DNA from: the human T2T-CHM13v2.0 reference genome, Homo sapiens
DNA length: 64,000 nt
Reading direction: 5' to 3' (one strand)
Assembly: GCF_009914755.1 (NCBI RefSeq)
Contig: NC_060947.1
Each line of letters opens with the position of its first letter. Positions within the stretch are counted from its first letter, which is position 1. Positions 43,506-58,028 of the stretch are shown here, in pieces. A program made the translations under genes and the position numbers. The notes below the pieces were generated by a model. That model searched no databases, had not been told where the DNA came from, and was given only the letters and a program-made list of their open reading frames with translations.

Positions 43506-44324
43506 ATGCAGATCATATTTATACCTGAGACCCTCCCCCCAACTTCAAAATTTTCATTTCTCCATTTTGGGCTCACAGAAAAAGGTCAGAACTTCTCCAT
43601 GGAATCCAGGTTAGCCATTTTACACAATAAAATCTCCATCTCCCCACCAACCACATTCATCTACATGCCCAGACACGTTCTAACTTGGCCTGGTCACAAT
43701 TTTTAAGCCCCAGAATTGAGCCGATTTTCCCAGTAACTTATATTAACTTTCTAAACATAAGACCAGAAAAATTAAGACACAAAAAGCACAAAAGAATGGT
43801 AATCATATGAACAAAAATGCACATTTTTATAATGCTCTTAAATAAAAAATTATTCTCTAGCATGTGTCCTCTTATCAGATATTAGTTCCAATTTGAAATT
43901 AGTATAATCCACCTGGTGGTTTTGCTCCAGTTCTGTCCCTGTTTCTCCCAAATTAGCCCAGTGATCCAAAGAGAGGTTCATCATAATTGAAGCTTTTCCT
44001 ACTGTTGATGGAGTTGAATGGCAAGAAATATTGATATTTTTCAGTGTTAACACCACACTCTAATTCACACAAGTCAGATAATTCCAGGAAATTATTTTCT
44101 CTCATCCATATAAATATATATAAGGTAGCCCCTCAATAAAAAATAAATCAATACAAACGATATTTGCACACTAAATATTCTCAACAATATTAAAATACTA
44201 CAGCATAACAGTTAGGCACAGGAGGTATACCAAAGGAACACTTAATTTTCTTTACATTAAAAACTGTGCTCAATTTTAATGTGTCTTGTATTCAATAATT
44301 TAGATTTGCATTCACATTCCATGA

Positions 44325-44632
<308 letters not shown>

Positions 44633-44722
44633 GTTCCATCATTTTTTATTCTGAATACAGAAAAGTGAACAAACCAACCTGGTAATTAAATGTAAACTTT
44701 AATAAAGATATTGATAACTTAC

Positions 44723-44878
44723 CTTAGATTTTTCATTCTTTATTCTGTGAGCTTCATCAATGACCAGGTATCGCCAGTGAAACTTTTTGAATACAGATTT
44801 TTCTTTAATTACCATCTCATAAGAAGTAACGCAAACATCCCACTCTCCTGGCATCATTTCATCACGAATAAAAGCAGC
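44723..44878 (-). CDS. SMARCA1: SMARCA1 exon 7 (AAFIRDEMM...[12 protein letters not shown])
   Basis: 156 nt, Walker B DEAH, donor AAG|GTAAGT. Confidence 0.97.
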
Positions 44879-45687
44879 CTAATGCAAAATAAAATACTTC
44901 ATATTAGAATATATTTATATTAGAATATGTTATAAGATGATCACAGAATTAAAATATCAAGAAAATATTAAGAATTCTAAGAGACCCTGAGGATCATTTA
45001 GTTTCATCCATTTTAGAGATGGGAAAACTGAGGCCCAAAGATAGTTGTGTGGTCAATTATCTGGATGACCTGCTAATATATTCATTAACAGAAGAGAAAC
45101 AAAGGCTTCCCTTACAGAAATATGGCATATTCAATGACCTAGAAAAGTTCGTATGACCAGAAATCACAAAGTTACTGGGCTTGTCTTCATATCATGGGGC
45201 ATCCAAAAGAACATAGACAAAGTAACTCTTTCTGAACAACATATTCTTGCCAAGATCCAAGAGTTACCAACATGATACAGTTTCAACAAATAGAACTCAA
45301 TGTGCATGAATGATTCCAACCTTTGGAGAACTCTTGTATGTCCCTTCTTCATTTTCTAGCTGGGCTGACTCATATACTTTGTTAAAAGGTCATGGAAGCC
45401 CACTAATGTTTTTGTGAAGTTCCAGATCTTGCCATGAGGTTACAAATATGATTTCATAAAGGGGACTTGCTCTGTCTAGTACAGGAGGCTATGGAAAACA
45501 ATGAGACTATTTAAAACTATTTTTAAGTCTTCACAGGCAGTGGCCAACATGGTAGGTAAGTTGACTGAGAGCATTTTTAACTTGTATGAGCTGAATTCCA
45601 GATGTTATCAGTCAAAATAAAACCACAAAAGTTAATGGGAAGCAGCAAAATCTATATTAAGAAGAGGCTGATTAGTATTATAAATCT

Positions 45688-45987
45688 AGCTGGGCATGGT
45701 GGCTCACGCCTGTAATGTCAGCACTTTGGGAGGCCAAGGCAGATGGATCACGAGGTCAGGAGTTCAAGAACAGCCTGGCCAACATGGTGAAACCCCATCT
45801 CTACTAAAAAATACAAAAATTAGCTGGGCATGGTGGCTCACACCTGTAATCCCAGCTACTTGGGAGGCTGAGGCAGGAGAATCGCTTGAACCCAGGAGGC
45901 GGGGAGGCTGCAGTGAGCTAAGATGTCACCACTGCACTCAAGCCTTTGCGACAGAGTGAGAGTCCGTCTCAAAAAAAAAAAAAAAAG
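45688..45987 (+). mobile_element. Alu (AluSg-like)
   Basis: TSD TATAAATCT. Confidence 0.95.
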
Positions 45988-47202
45988 TTTTATAAATCTG
46001 GAGTTACAGTGCATAAACAAAATTAACTGTTCCCTGCAAAGTCTTTATTTCATAATTCACAACTATGCACTAAACACACTGCAGACTCATTCAACAGATA
46101 TTTACTGATTGTCTACTATGTATAAGAGAATCACCTGGACTGAAGAGGAGGACAGAAAAAAAAAGGCCTTTTCAGAGATCTCAGTTGCACCCTGGGAAGT
46201 GATCACATTTATAAATTTAATTAAGACATTAGGGAATAGGAGACAAAATAAAGAGAAGTAGAGTGCCAGACCCCATTCAGTCGTGCTAACACCTTATCCT
46301 TATTTGATTTTGTGAAGCTCTCAGTTTCATGGTTTCGCCTACAAGTTTCATGCAACAAATGCATATTTTTAATTTAAATTAGCTCTGCTTTGAATTTTTT
46401 GTAACTATTGGATACATTTAGAGTTAAACATCTCGATAAAACATTAAAGGTGTCACATAATCCAAAAGCTCTCATTTTAGAGGTGAAAAAATTAAGGCCC
46501 TTGAAGACTCACTCAACCCTACACAATCAGTAGCAAAGCCACAACTGAAATCAAACCCATTTCTATGTCTACTATCTTTGATACCTCTGGCGTGGAAAAG
46601 GAAGGGGCCACAAAGCACATTGGTATCAATCAGACAGGATCAAGAGTATCTCTAATAATCTCCCAACTCAATTAAATGCCTATTATAACCTACATCAAAT
46701 TTTTATTACTAAAATATTACCTTCATAAAATGTTTACAGAAGACCAGGAAAATACAAAGACCCAACATATCTATCCTATGTTCTACCAAGATTCAAATCT
46801 GTCTATATGTAATGATCTGGACTTCCTCTATACATATCCACATCAATCTCTAAGTGCTGAACATGGTACACTTATTATTTATGTAACTGGCAATTATTGG
46901 TTTTCAAACTCTTTTGACCATAGCCCACAGTAAAATTACCTTTTGAATTGCAATCCAGTATATACATATATGTTTGAGTGTGTGTACACAGAAAGAGGCA
47001 ACTTAAAAGTTTCTCAAAGCAATATTTATCCTTATTATAGTATGAAACACTCTGCAATTTGCTATTCCATTCTCTCTCAATGTTGCAGAAAATTGTTTTA
47101 CCAAGTACTAAGCTAAAGTCACAACCCACTAATGGGTAGCAACTCACAATTTGAAAAACACTAACTTTGAAGACCGGTTTTCAAGATTAAGAAATTTTTC
47201 AA

Positions 47203-47365
47203 AGCCAGGCACAGTGGTGCACACTTGTAGTCCCAGCAACTCAGGAACCCGAGGTGAGAGGATCGCTTGAGCCCAGGAGTTCAAGGCTGCAGTGAGCTAT
47301 GATCACATCACTGCATTCCAGCCTGGGCGACAGAGCGAGACCCCGCCTCTGGAAAAAGAAACAAA
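47203..47365 (+). mobile_element. Alu monomer (FRAM-like)
   Basis: Single right-arm-type monomer; TSD about AAGAAATTTTT(T)CAA. Confidence 0.88.
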
Positions 47366-48585
47366 GAAATTTTTCAAGCCACCAGAATCCCAGCCTCCCC
47401 AGGAAGTAGAGATAGGGCAGTCATAAATTAAATATACCGAGACATTATGAAAACACAAACCTAGATATTTATCTTTTGCTTTTAATCTTTAAGAAATAAT
47501 TTTAGCAAAAGCTCAATACTTTAGAAATGCAAAGTTTATATGGAGTGGTATTACATTAGATAACAATGGTGACCAGAAAGAGTTCTAAGTGACTAATTTG
47601 CTTTAGGGAAATATTAGGCATAGGGAAGAATCTGGCCTGTAATTGTAAACTTATGAGCTCAGTATTTCAATATTTAAATTATTTGTAAGTTAAATTTAAA
47701 TAAATTTAAGTAATTTTTCTTCAAGCAAAATGATAAGGATAAAATTATGTAATTCATTGCACTACCATTCTTTTGAGGATATCTTTAGATAACCTATCTA
47801 AATATGGAAAACTGAATACATCTCTAAACTGTGTTCTCTGGAGGCAAATAAAGACAAAGTTTAATAATAAGCTTTCTAAGCAGATTATCTGTTTTAGTAT
47901 TTTTACATAATATATTATTTTTAGATTAATTCTACAGTCCTAAAATGATTGTAGCCTACTAGACTGACAAATGGCTGATTTAAACACCCCCCTAAAATGC
48001 CCAGTTTCTAATATTACCTGAGAATATATACAGACATGTATTTTTCTATTCAAACACCAAAACTGAAAGCTGCGTCTATGCATAAACACAAAACACGAGG
48101 CTCTCTGTACATATAGAAGAGGTTCCAGTTGTGTACATGCATATGCGTGTGTGTACACCAAGTCAAAAGTCAAAAACTTAAATATAAAATTTTAAGTAAT
48201 GCAAATTTATATATTGTTGGCTTCAAAATAGCACAAATGAGAGTCACTGGTAAGATATACTGTCAATAAAATAAGATGTTTTTAATGAAAAGTCACTCAA
48301 AGTACAATTCAAAAATGCTTAGGTTAATGAACTAAAGCAAATGTAGATGAAGCATAATAATGGATTGTCTATTATTAATAGGTGATATATCTACCTCATG
48401 GGAGTGTTGTGAGAATTAAATTAATAGATGCAAAGCACTTAAAACAGAGTCTAGCTTAGAGTACATACACCTTAAGTCTTATTTAGTAGTAGTCAACTCA
48501 GATGTTTTTAACAGCAATAATATGTAACTAAACTCCAGAAATGATATTATTCTTAACTGCCTTTTTACACTTGTTTCTCACTTAC

Positions 48586-48765
48586 TCTGGCATCCTTGTC
48601 TCCGACAAAACAAATGACACGGAGAGATGGGACCCATCGTTTAAATTCATTCATCCAGTTGTGTAAAGTAGACTTTGGAACTAAAACCATGTGAGGTCCA
48701 GGAATATTTCGGTAGTGTTTCAGGTAACCAAGCAAAGCAATTGTTTGTAAAGTTTTCCCAAGGCC
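48586..48765 (-). CDS. SMARCA1: SMARCA1 exon 6 (GLGKTLQ...GDKDAR)
   Basis: 180 nt, Walker A GLGKT, within ORF 48565..48780. Confidence 0.97.
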
Positions 48766-49519
48766 CTGCATTATCATCACAAGGAAAAAAATCCATGAAC
48801 ATTTTTTCTGTAAGGAAACATTTTGTTAGGAACAACATAACAAAAGATCTTTGTCCACTATCTCGCAAAGGCAATTATGTTTCTACCAATGAAAAGTAAA
48901 AATACCAAATACCTTTTTTTAAAGAAGATAACCAAATCATTCCAATTCAGTATTGTACTTACCGTGAGCACAAACAGAAACCAATAACTTGCAGTCAGAA
49001 TGTTGCTCAACAAAGCAACTTTCTATTTAGAACATTTTCCTCCTAAAGGAGCAAGCAATCTACTATATAATTTTTCTTCTTGTTCTGAAGTTAGGAATTT
49101 TCTGTGTGTTTGTTTTATAAAGACCCGCTTCCTTTGCCAGCCTGCTTAGATACTGGTCTTTCTTTCCTATTGTTCCTAACATTATTACAGCCCAGATATT
49201 AAATATTCAGACTATGTGTCTCAAGGGGCTTGTGGCTCTGTACTTGCATCTCACACTCTTAAGAACCTTAGGAACCACAAAACAGAACTTTGCAGCCAGA
49301 AAGAACCTGAGAGAGATCACCAACTCCAGAGGACTTTTTAAAAAATAATATATTCAATATCTATGAACCCATACCTAACCCATAAGAAAGGGAACTAAGT
49401 CCTTTTTCGGCCTCTTAAAACTGCTTTCGGTTTTATCTCTGAGCAAGATATATACTTCTTTTTATAAATGTCTGCTTAAAGCTATTTTTTTATTGTATCC
49501 TATCTGATATGTCACTTAA

Positions 49520-49980
49520 TGAGACAACTTTTATGAATACTATACATCAAAACCTTAAAATGTTTATACTCCTTAACCCAGTAATTCTACTTCTAGGAAT
49601 CCTACGGAAATAATCTGAGAGGTGCACAAAAACTAAATTACAAGAGTCTTATAGTGGCATTATTTACACTACACATCGGGCAATCCAAATGAACAGCAAT
49701 AAGAGAGAAGTTGAATAAAATTATGGTACCGCCCAAGGATTATTATGCAATAATTAATTATGTTCGGAAAATGTCTTAATTACATGGAACATATGTATGA
49801 ATGTAAATAAATCAGAATGCCAAATTATATATACAATATGATTTCAACTATACAAAATAAGTACATCCAGAAGAAAAAGACTAAAATGAAATATGCCAAA
49901 ATGTTAGCTGTGGTTACTTCTAAGTAGCAGAATTATAACTTAATTTTAATTATTCATTTTTTTCCAAATTTTCTATACTC
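49520..49980 (+). mobile_element. Old L1 (L1ME-like) fragment homologous to the exon-13 host
   Basis: CCTTAAAATGTTTATACTCCTTAACCCAGTAATTCTACTTCTAGGAAT aligns with 29804-29852. Confidence 0.75.
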
Positions 49981-50008
49981 CTTAAAAGTGTCTATTTTTT
50001 AGTAATTA

Positions 50009-50392
<384 letters not shown>

Positions 50393-50827
50393 TCTGATAT
50401 CAGCACAAATTCATCACTAAAGATCAGATCCTTCATGTTTAGACAGGCTGAAGCCAAGAGCTGCTTGGGGCAAATAATCCTGGTCCTTCCATTGTCCAAT
50501 TAACCAAGCTCCTCCCCCTCTGAGCTGACAACAGTCTTCAAACTAGAATACCTAAATATAAGGAGCTACAGACCCTTGCTTTAAGGGATCCTCTGCCACA
50601 CACCTAACAGTTGCTCAACCAGGGATGAGTACTTATGCGACTGACTACCAACTATACTAGACGCCATAGGGCACGTATCATCATGTGGCTCTTCTGGATA
50701 ATAGTGATTACAAGTATGGTTTCAGAGTCACATAAATATGAGTATCATTGAGTTATATGGATTTAGAACTTTCCCTGCCCTCTCTTAAATCGCATTTTAT
50801 TAATTTGGTCTTAAAATACAAATATGG

Positions 50828-51172
<345 letters not shown>

Positions 51173-51547
51173 TCAGTTATTTTATTTACACATTTATAAC
51201 TCCTTCACTGATTTCCAAAGCCCCACCATGCACTGTACTGTATCAAGATTCAACATTACTCTTTATTCGTTCCTTATTCCACCTATGCACTTTTTGATTG
51301 TTCACAAGTCAAAATATTGATAATCATTCACACATGCATATATTCAGGCAGTCATTTACATATTGTTTGGTTTGTATACCCCACCTTATTCCCAAAAGGA
51401 TTTCAGGTAGCCTACAATGAAAACATGGAACATAAATTAATGGCAAAATAGAAATAAAGAGACGACAAGGAAAGTAAGAAAGACAAGTAGATAAAGAATA
51501 GGAAAAGACAGAAGGACACACAGGGCAGACCATTAAAGGTTACATAA

Positions 51548-51848
51548 GGCCAGGGTGGGGGTGGCTCACACCTGTAATCCCAGCACTCTGGGAGGCCGAA
51601 GCAGGTGGATCACAAGGTCAGGAGTTCAAGACCAGCCTGGCCAAAACGGTGAAACCCCATCTCTACTAAAAATACAAAAAAATTAGCCGGACGTGGTGGC
51701 AGGCGCCTGTAACCCCAGCTATTCAGGAGACTGAGACAGAGAATTGCTTGAACCTGGGAGGTGGAGGTGGCAGTGAGCTGAGATCGTGCCACTGCACTCC
51801 AGTCTGGGTGACAGAGCGAGACTCCATCTCAAAAAATTTTAAAAAAAA
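51548..51848 (+). mobile_element. Alu
   Basis: TSD about AGTTACATAA. Confidence 0.95.
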
Positions 51849-52023
51849 AGTTACATAAAGGCATCATTTGGGCATCCATCTTGACTCTGTGCTTCCTGGA
51901 AGCCAAAATGCAAACAAAAACAAAAGTACAGAGAAGGTTTTTGGACCATTTGAGGAAAGCTCAGTAAGAGTTTTATGGCCTGTGAAAGTCTGTGTTCTAG
52001 CGGTGACTTAACGAAACAATTCT

Positions 52024-52326
<303 letters not shown>

Positions 52327-52468
52327 CTAAGACTACAAAATACCTTTTACATGATAACAACTTTTAAAAAGCCTCCAGGCATCAGGGGGGCAGGTAAGCT
52401 CAGGTTTTTCAAATTTACATAAAAATCATTGATAACTGAGAATGTGTTTTTAGCTACCAATTCCTTAC

Positions 52469-52569
52469 CATTTCATCAGCCAAAATGCCATTGACTCCAT
52501 TTTCATATAAAGAGATCAACCAATTCAGTCCTCGAATCTGATAATCTCTCAGTGGCCCCCCTTTCACAT
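52469..52569 (-). CDS. SMARCA1: SMARCA1 exon 5 ([10 protein letters not shown]...GILADEM)
   Basis: 101 nt; Q motif and start of Walker A. Confidence 0.96.
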
Positions 52570-52675
52570 CTGGTGAAAAAATGCAAGGACATTTCATACT
52601 TTCATTAACATACTCAAGTAAAATTTTTCTAAAACTAAATTGAAAAAGAACTCACCAATGTGATGAAGTACTTAC

Positions 52676-52776
52676 ATGAAGGTGACACCTCAAATCTAAT
52701 ACACACATTAGATGTTTTCCGACTCTCAGACAGTAGCTCTTCATCTTCTTCTTGCTCTGTGCGCCTATGGCGGTAG
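52676..52776 (-). CDS. SMARCA1: SMARCA1 exon 4 ([11 protein letters not shown]...VSPS)
   Basis: 101 nt, CAG| and CAT|GTAAGT. Confidence 0.95.
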
Positions 52777-53112
52777 CTGAAATTAAAAAAGGAAATCCCT
52801 TCATATTCGACCTAAATGATAAGGTATCAATTAAATCAGTGTACATGGCTATTATCTTTTATAGAAAAAGAATGAGTTGTCCAAGGTCTTGCTTAGAAAT
52901 CAGTAGAACCAGCCTACATTTTTACTGATCAGCCTCTAGTGAGAAAAAAATATAGTTGTCTTCAAAACATAATTATAATGGCAATATTTTTTGTCACATG
53001 AAGGTATACTGAACAATGAAGAGCGAAGGGGTGCATGAAGGGATCAAGGGAGGACAGGAGGAAGAAAAGGTAGGAGAAAGGAAAGAAAGTAGAGAGAGAG
53101 GTGCCAACATAC

Positions 53113-53279
53113 TCTCCAGCAGAAATTAAGCTCTGCTTTTCATCTTTCTTTATTCGGGGACGTCCCAATTTCATGTTCAGTGGAGATGTTGGAGATTTCT
53201 GTGCTGAAGGCTGAATGAAATGTGCAAAAAGTTCTGTCTGCTTCAGTAAAAATTCAAATCTCTTTGCTCGGTCGGCTTT
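53113..53279 (-). CDS. SMARCA1: SMARCA1 exon 3 ([10 protein letters not shown]...LISAG)
   Basis: 167 nt, AG/GT flanks, overlaps ORF 52962..53174. Confidence 0.95.
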
Positions 53280-53329
53280 CTAATTTGCAAAACAAAAGAA
53301 AAGTAAGGACTTTCCTTTTCATTCCTTCA

Positions 53330-53520
53330 AAGTTATTTAACAAATACTTACTTTGAACAACATTCTTAGCACTTGAAACATTAATCCATTCAATTCTCTT
53401 AAGAAACCTATGACGTAATTACAAGTATCATCTCCATTGTAACTACATGATACTGAAGCACAGAGAGGGTAAGTAATTTGCCCAACCTTGCACAGCTAAT
53501 AAGCAGCAGAATTTGAAAAT
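53330..53520 (-). mobile_element. MIR
   Basis: ACTGAAGCACAGAGAGGGTAAGTAATTTGCCCAA. Confidence 0.65.
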
Positions 53521-55142
53521 GTATTTTCAAATAGTTTGAAGGGAAGAAAAATTATCTGACAGACAGTAAATTCCCCAATAAGAAATACCCTTCTTAAAGA
53601 GTCATAATCATAAAGCAAATCCTCTTTCCAAAACATCATTTTATTAAATAAAATAGTAACAAAATTAAGCATCAAATATATAACATATCCCAAATATTGA
53701 AATATAAATTAACTATGATATATATACCATAAACTGAACTCTTAAGAATTTCCAAGTTGTATCCAGAAATAACTTAAATCTTAAAATACAGTATCATCTT
53801 GTCTCAAAATATTTTCAGTGTCATGGTATAGTAATGTAATAAACACTCCTCTCTTCACTCACAGGGTTCTAGAAAACTGTATTTTGTGCTAGTAGCGTAT
53901 AAACTTTCTCCCCAAAGTAAGCAGAATTTGGGAAAAATATATAAACATATGCACATATATGTGAAATAGTTTATTAACTATTAAAAGTTGATATGTATTC
54001 TAATTTCTCAATAAATTGTAAAAGGTCAGGGAACGTGTACCATATACAGGCAATAAAACTTTGTTTCACTAAAAAAATCTTAAAAGATCAAAAGATATAT
54101 ACATCATTCTAGATAAAGGAAAAAATAAAGACTATTTATTTATTCAAAGTCACTTTCCAACCACAGAGTAGAGAATACTTGATTGCTAATGAAGGATGCA
54201 TAATTAATAACCCAGAAAACTTACAGAAGAGTTCATTAACATAAACATAAGAGTTAGATAAATTCAGACTACAAGCTGGAAGGAGGCCAAAAACTTTCCA
54301 TTTTATATTATCCTCACTGGAATGTTATTTTTAGAGTTGTTAAAACATTGCCTACCTACATTAGATGTGGCCTTAAACATTAAGTCTTATAAAATAGCTA
54401 TCAACAACCAAAAAATATATTTCATCTATACTTATTTTTATAATATTACTGCAAAAACAACCCCTCAGAGGAAAAAAAAATCCATTTCAACCACCTGTTA
54501 AATTCTTGAAAGATCCAAGGTTATAAGAGTTTAGTTAAAATTAAAGCTAAAATATGTATTTTAGTAACTAAAAATTAAATAATTAAATGTATTATAGCAA
54601 GCAATATGTAAGTATAACTAAGATTATGCTGCTTAAATATGTGATATCTTCATGCATTGGACAAATATTCTTCCCTTTAAAGTGTATTGACATATTACAC
54701 ATTTCATTAATGTGTAGCATTTATTCATATGTCCAAAGAAGGAGAAAGAAACAAAAATACGTCAATCTGGCTTTGTGACTGGATTTCTCTCAGGTCACAA
54801 AGCCACAGTGGTATTACCACTGATATTTTCACCTCATAAATAAATATTTCTAGCTTAAAGCACTTTATTATGGGACAGAGAGCACCGAACCAAAATGAGA
54901 TGTGACTTCTAGTCCTAACTATGACATATAGCTTCCCTGATCCTTTATTTCCTCATCTGAAAATGAGGAGGTTAATTTATTCAACAGAAAATATTGTGAT
55001 AGATTGTATATTAAATTATTTTCCAATTCTAAAATCAATGATTCTCTATGCATTATATATATACATGTATTTTTTCATCTTTAACATCTCAACTATAAAA
55101 ATTAATTACAGCATTCACTATCCTATCCAAGACTACATTTAC

Positions 55143-55229
55143 CATTTTCTCTTCATATTCTGGGTCCATTTCCTTTTCAGATTTAGGCGCTTTAGCAGCA
55201 AGTTTGAGTTGAAATGAAGAAACGTTTTT
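55143..55229 (-). CDS. SMARCA1: SMARCA1 exon 2 (KNVSSFQ...YEEKM)
   Basis: TAG| acceptor, ATG|GTAAAT donor; 87 nt. Confidence 0.95.
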
Positions 55230-55357
55230 CTAGAATTTCAAAGAAAATAAATGTCACCAAATTGCAAAGCAAGGTTCTTAAACTGGTCAATGCTCTCATT
55301 AGAAGAAGGCGGAAAGTAATTACATAACTAAATATATAAATCAATGTGGGACATGTA

Positions 55358-55427
55358 TGGACCAATGATGAGAGCATGTCACAAAACAAGGCTTATGATT
55401 AATCCAGTTCTGTACACCTGAGGTCCA
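55358..55427 (+). ncRNA. SNORD112-like C/D box snoRNA copy (probable retrocopy/pseudogene), antisense in SMARCA1 intron 1
   Basis: Terminal stem TGGACC/GGTCCA, box C ATGATGA 55365-55371, C'-like ATGATTA 55395-55401, box D CTGA 55418-55421, followed by an A-rich tail; TGGACCAATGATGAGA...ATGATTAATCCAGTTCTG...CTGAGGTCCA matches the SNORD112 (14q32 cluster) sequence I recall. Confidence 0.8.
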
Positions 55428-56917
55428 ATAAAAAAAATCTGAAAAATTGTGAATGCCAAAGAAATATTAATTGGAATAAAACCCAAAAGGCAAGACACTG
55501 AGCTTTCTCATCCATTCTTTAATTTATAGTGTAAGAAAATGTGTAAACATTAAATAAGAGATTTTAAAATCTAGAAAAGGCTAATATCAACCACAAACCA
55601 AATAATTCAAAGAAAGTAAATATTAATTCTAAGAAACACTCCTTTATGTCATGGAAATACGCCACACTTTCAGAAAAAAAAACTGTGGTTTCTGTTCCTA
55701 AAACGATATTTTTAAAATTGTTTTCATAGTATTATAAGAATATTTAATTTTTTATGTAATGCAATGTGATCACATATACTTAATATAATAGTACAGTTTT
55801 AAACTTTTGGCTTATGTTAATTTTCTCTAACTGGGAAGAAAACTACTTTAAACTATTTATATTGCATAAACATCTTGTAGAAGCAATTTGTCAAGGCTAC
55901 TTAACTATTAATGTTTGATATTTTTAAATTGTAATTTAGCGAAAACTAACATCAATCAATAACTTAATATAGAGATTATCTGGGGAAGGGGGTTATCTCA
56001 TGCACCCTATCCTTTGTAAAGACAAGCCTGTACTGGCAAATATAAATACATATATAGAATAAGCCTCCTTCCCTATAAGAAACCAAGAAATAAAATAATA
56101 AAAACACAAATCTACCCACCAGAACCAAAGATGAGAGCATTTCAGTTTTAACACATACTTTGCATAAGAGAAAACACAAATTTGTTCGTGAAAACTATCA
56201 TGGCTTTTGTCAACCTATTTATGAAAACTTAGGTCAAAAATCAACAGAATGTGACCTTAAACATAAGAAAAATATGGCCCCCATTATGTCTTCCAATATT
56301 TACTAAAATTTCTATTTTGAGGAAATCCAAACTGAGATTATGGAATTTGACCTTGTCCAGACTCTTACTTTGTAGCACTGATCAGATATCATTCAGTTAC
56401 ACTAACCCAAATAATAACCATCTTGATTTACAGCATCTGATACGTACACATCTATATGGAATGTTTTGAATGTAATCCTGGATGGATGAGAATAGAAAAC
56501 TGCTAAAGAGCCCCTCAAACTCACACTTTCAGACTGCCATATATAATATAAATCATATTTATTTTCAAAGCAACAAGAAAAATTGGGTATCAAATCCATA
56601 CGTTTATCATTCATTCCTTGAAAGGTTATATGAAGTGCAGTTTTCCAGTATCAAAACAATGAAAATTACTTTGCCTCATACGCACAAATATATATAATAA
56701 TGTGGGAAGTACACTTACAGAAAATTAAAGCTTTAATCCTAGAAAAACATTTTACCCATTACTTTTTTGCTTACCTTGCGGTAGACTACCATCAAAATCT
56801 AATTATATGCTAATTAAAATCCTAATCTTGAGCAGGGCTATTAAAAGCTGTGGGTAATTACTTAATTGGCACTATCTTCCACAACAAATTTTAAAATACC
56901 TACCTTCTAAACCTTCT

Positions 56918-56920
<3 letters not shown>

Positions 56921-56954
<34 letters not shown>
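56921..56954. repeat. (GT)17 microsatellite
   Basis: Read directly. Confidence 0.95.
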
Positions 56955-56956
<2 letters not shown>

Positions 56957-57617
56957 TCTCAAAACTACATTTTTTTCATACAAGAAAAGATGAAAAGTGA
57001 CTAAGAGACTCTAATGAATTCCTTTGGATTTTGTTATCTGAGTCTAGGTGCCATGAGAATGCAGCACAAGGTCAACAAAATGGCTTGTTTTAAAGACCAT
57101 GACCTTTTTCTTGACGTTTTCATGTCTACAGTGTTGGGTAATCCAACCGTCACTTAAACCAACTAAATTCAACAACCAGAAAGTAAGCAAAAACACCTTT
57201 GAGTAGGTAAATGTCACAGGTCAATTCACTAATTCTCATCTACTGTATTCATCATGAAAGCGCTCTCATTCAGAAACCTATTTTCTTTTTATTTGGTAGA
57301 CAATTCCACCAAGTTTGAAAATCTGGCTTCCCATGTCACCGAGAATACAAGCAACAGTAAATGACATGGAAAGATCACTAGATGAAGGCACTCTACAAGA
57401 AGACACGGCAGAAACCAAGGACGAAAATGTCTTCCACTGCAGTAGCATCACTGATTCTTGGTGTGCACGTGTCATTATTTCCCTCTCCCTGTTTTATCAC
57501 TGACACTTTTGTATTTTACAGTGGTTTTCAAATGAGTTTATGGTTTTGTTACACCTATAATCTTTATCATAAACTAACATATTATTTCTGGTGAAACTAG
57601 AGGTGTTTAAAAAGTGA

Positions 57618-58028
<411 letters not shown>

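Noticed and set aside
47670-47715. AT-rich quasi-palindromes (also about 16085-16120 and 50316-50392)
   Set aside because: Low-complexity AT sequence; hairpins expected by composition
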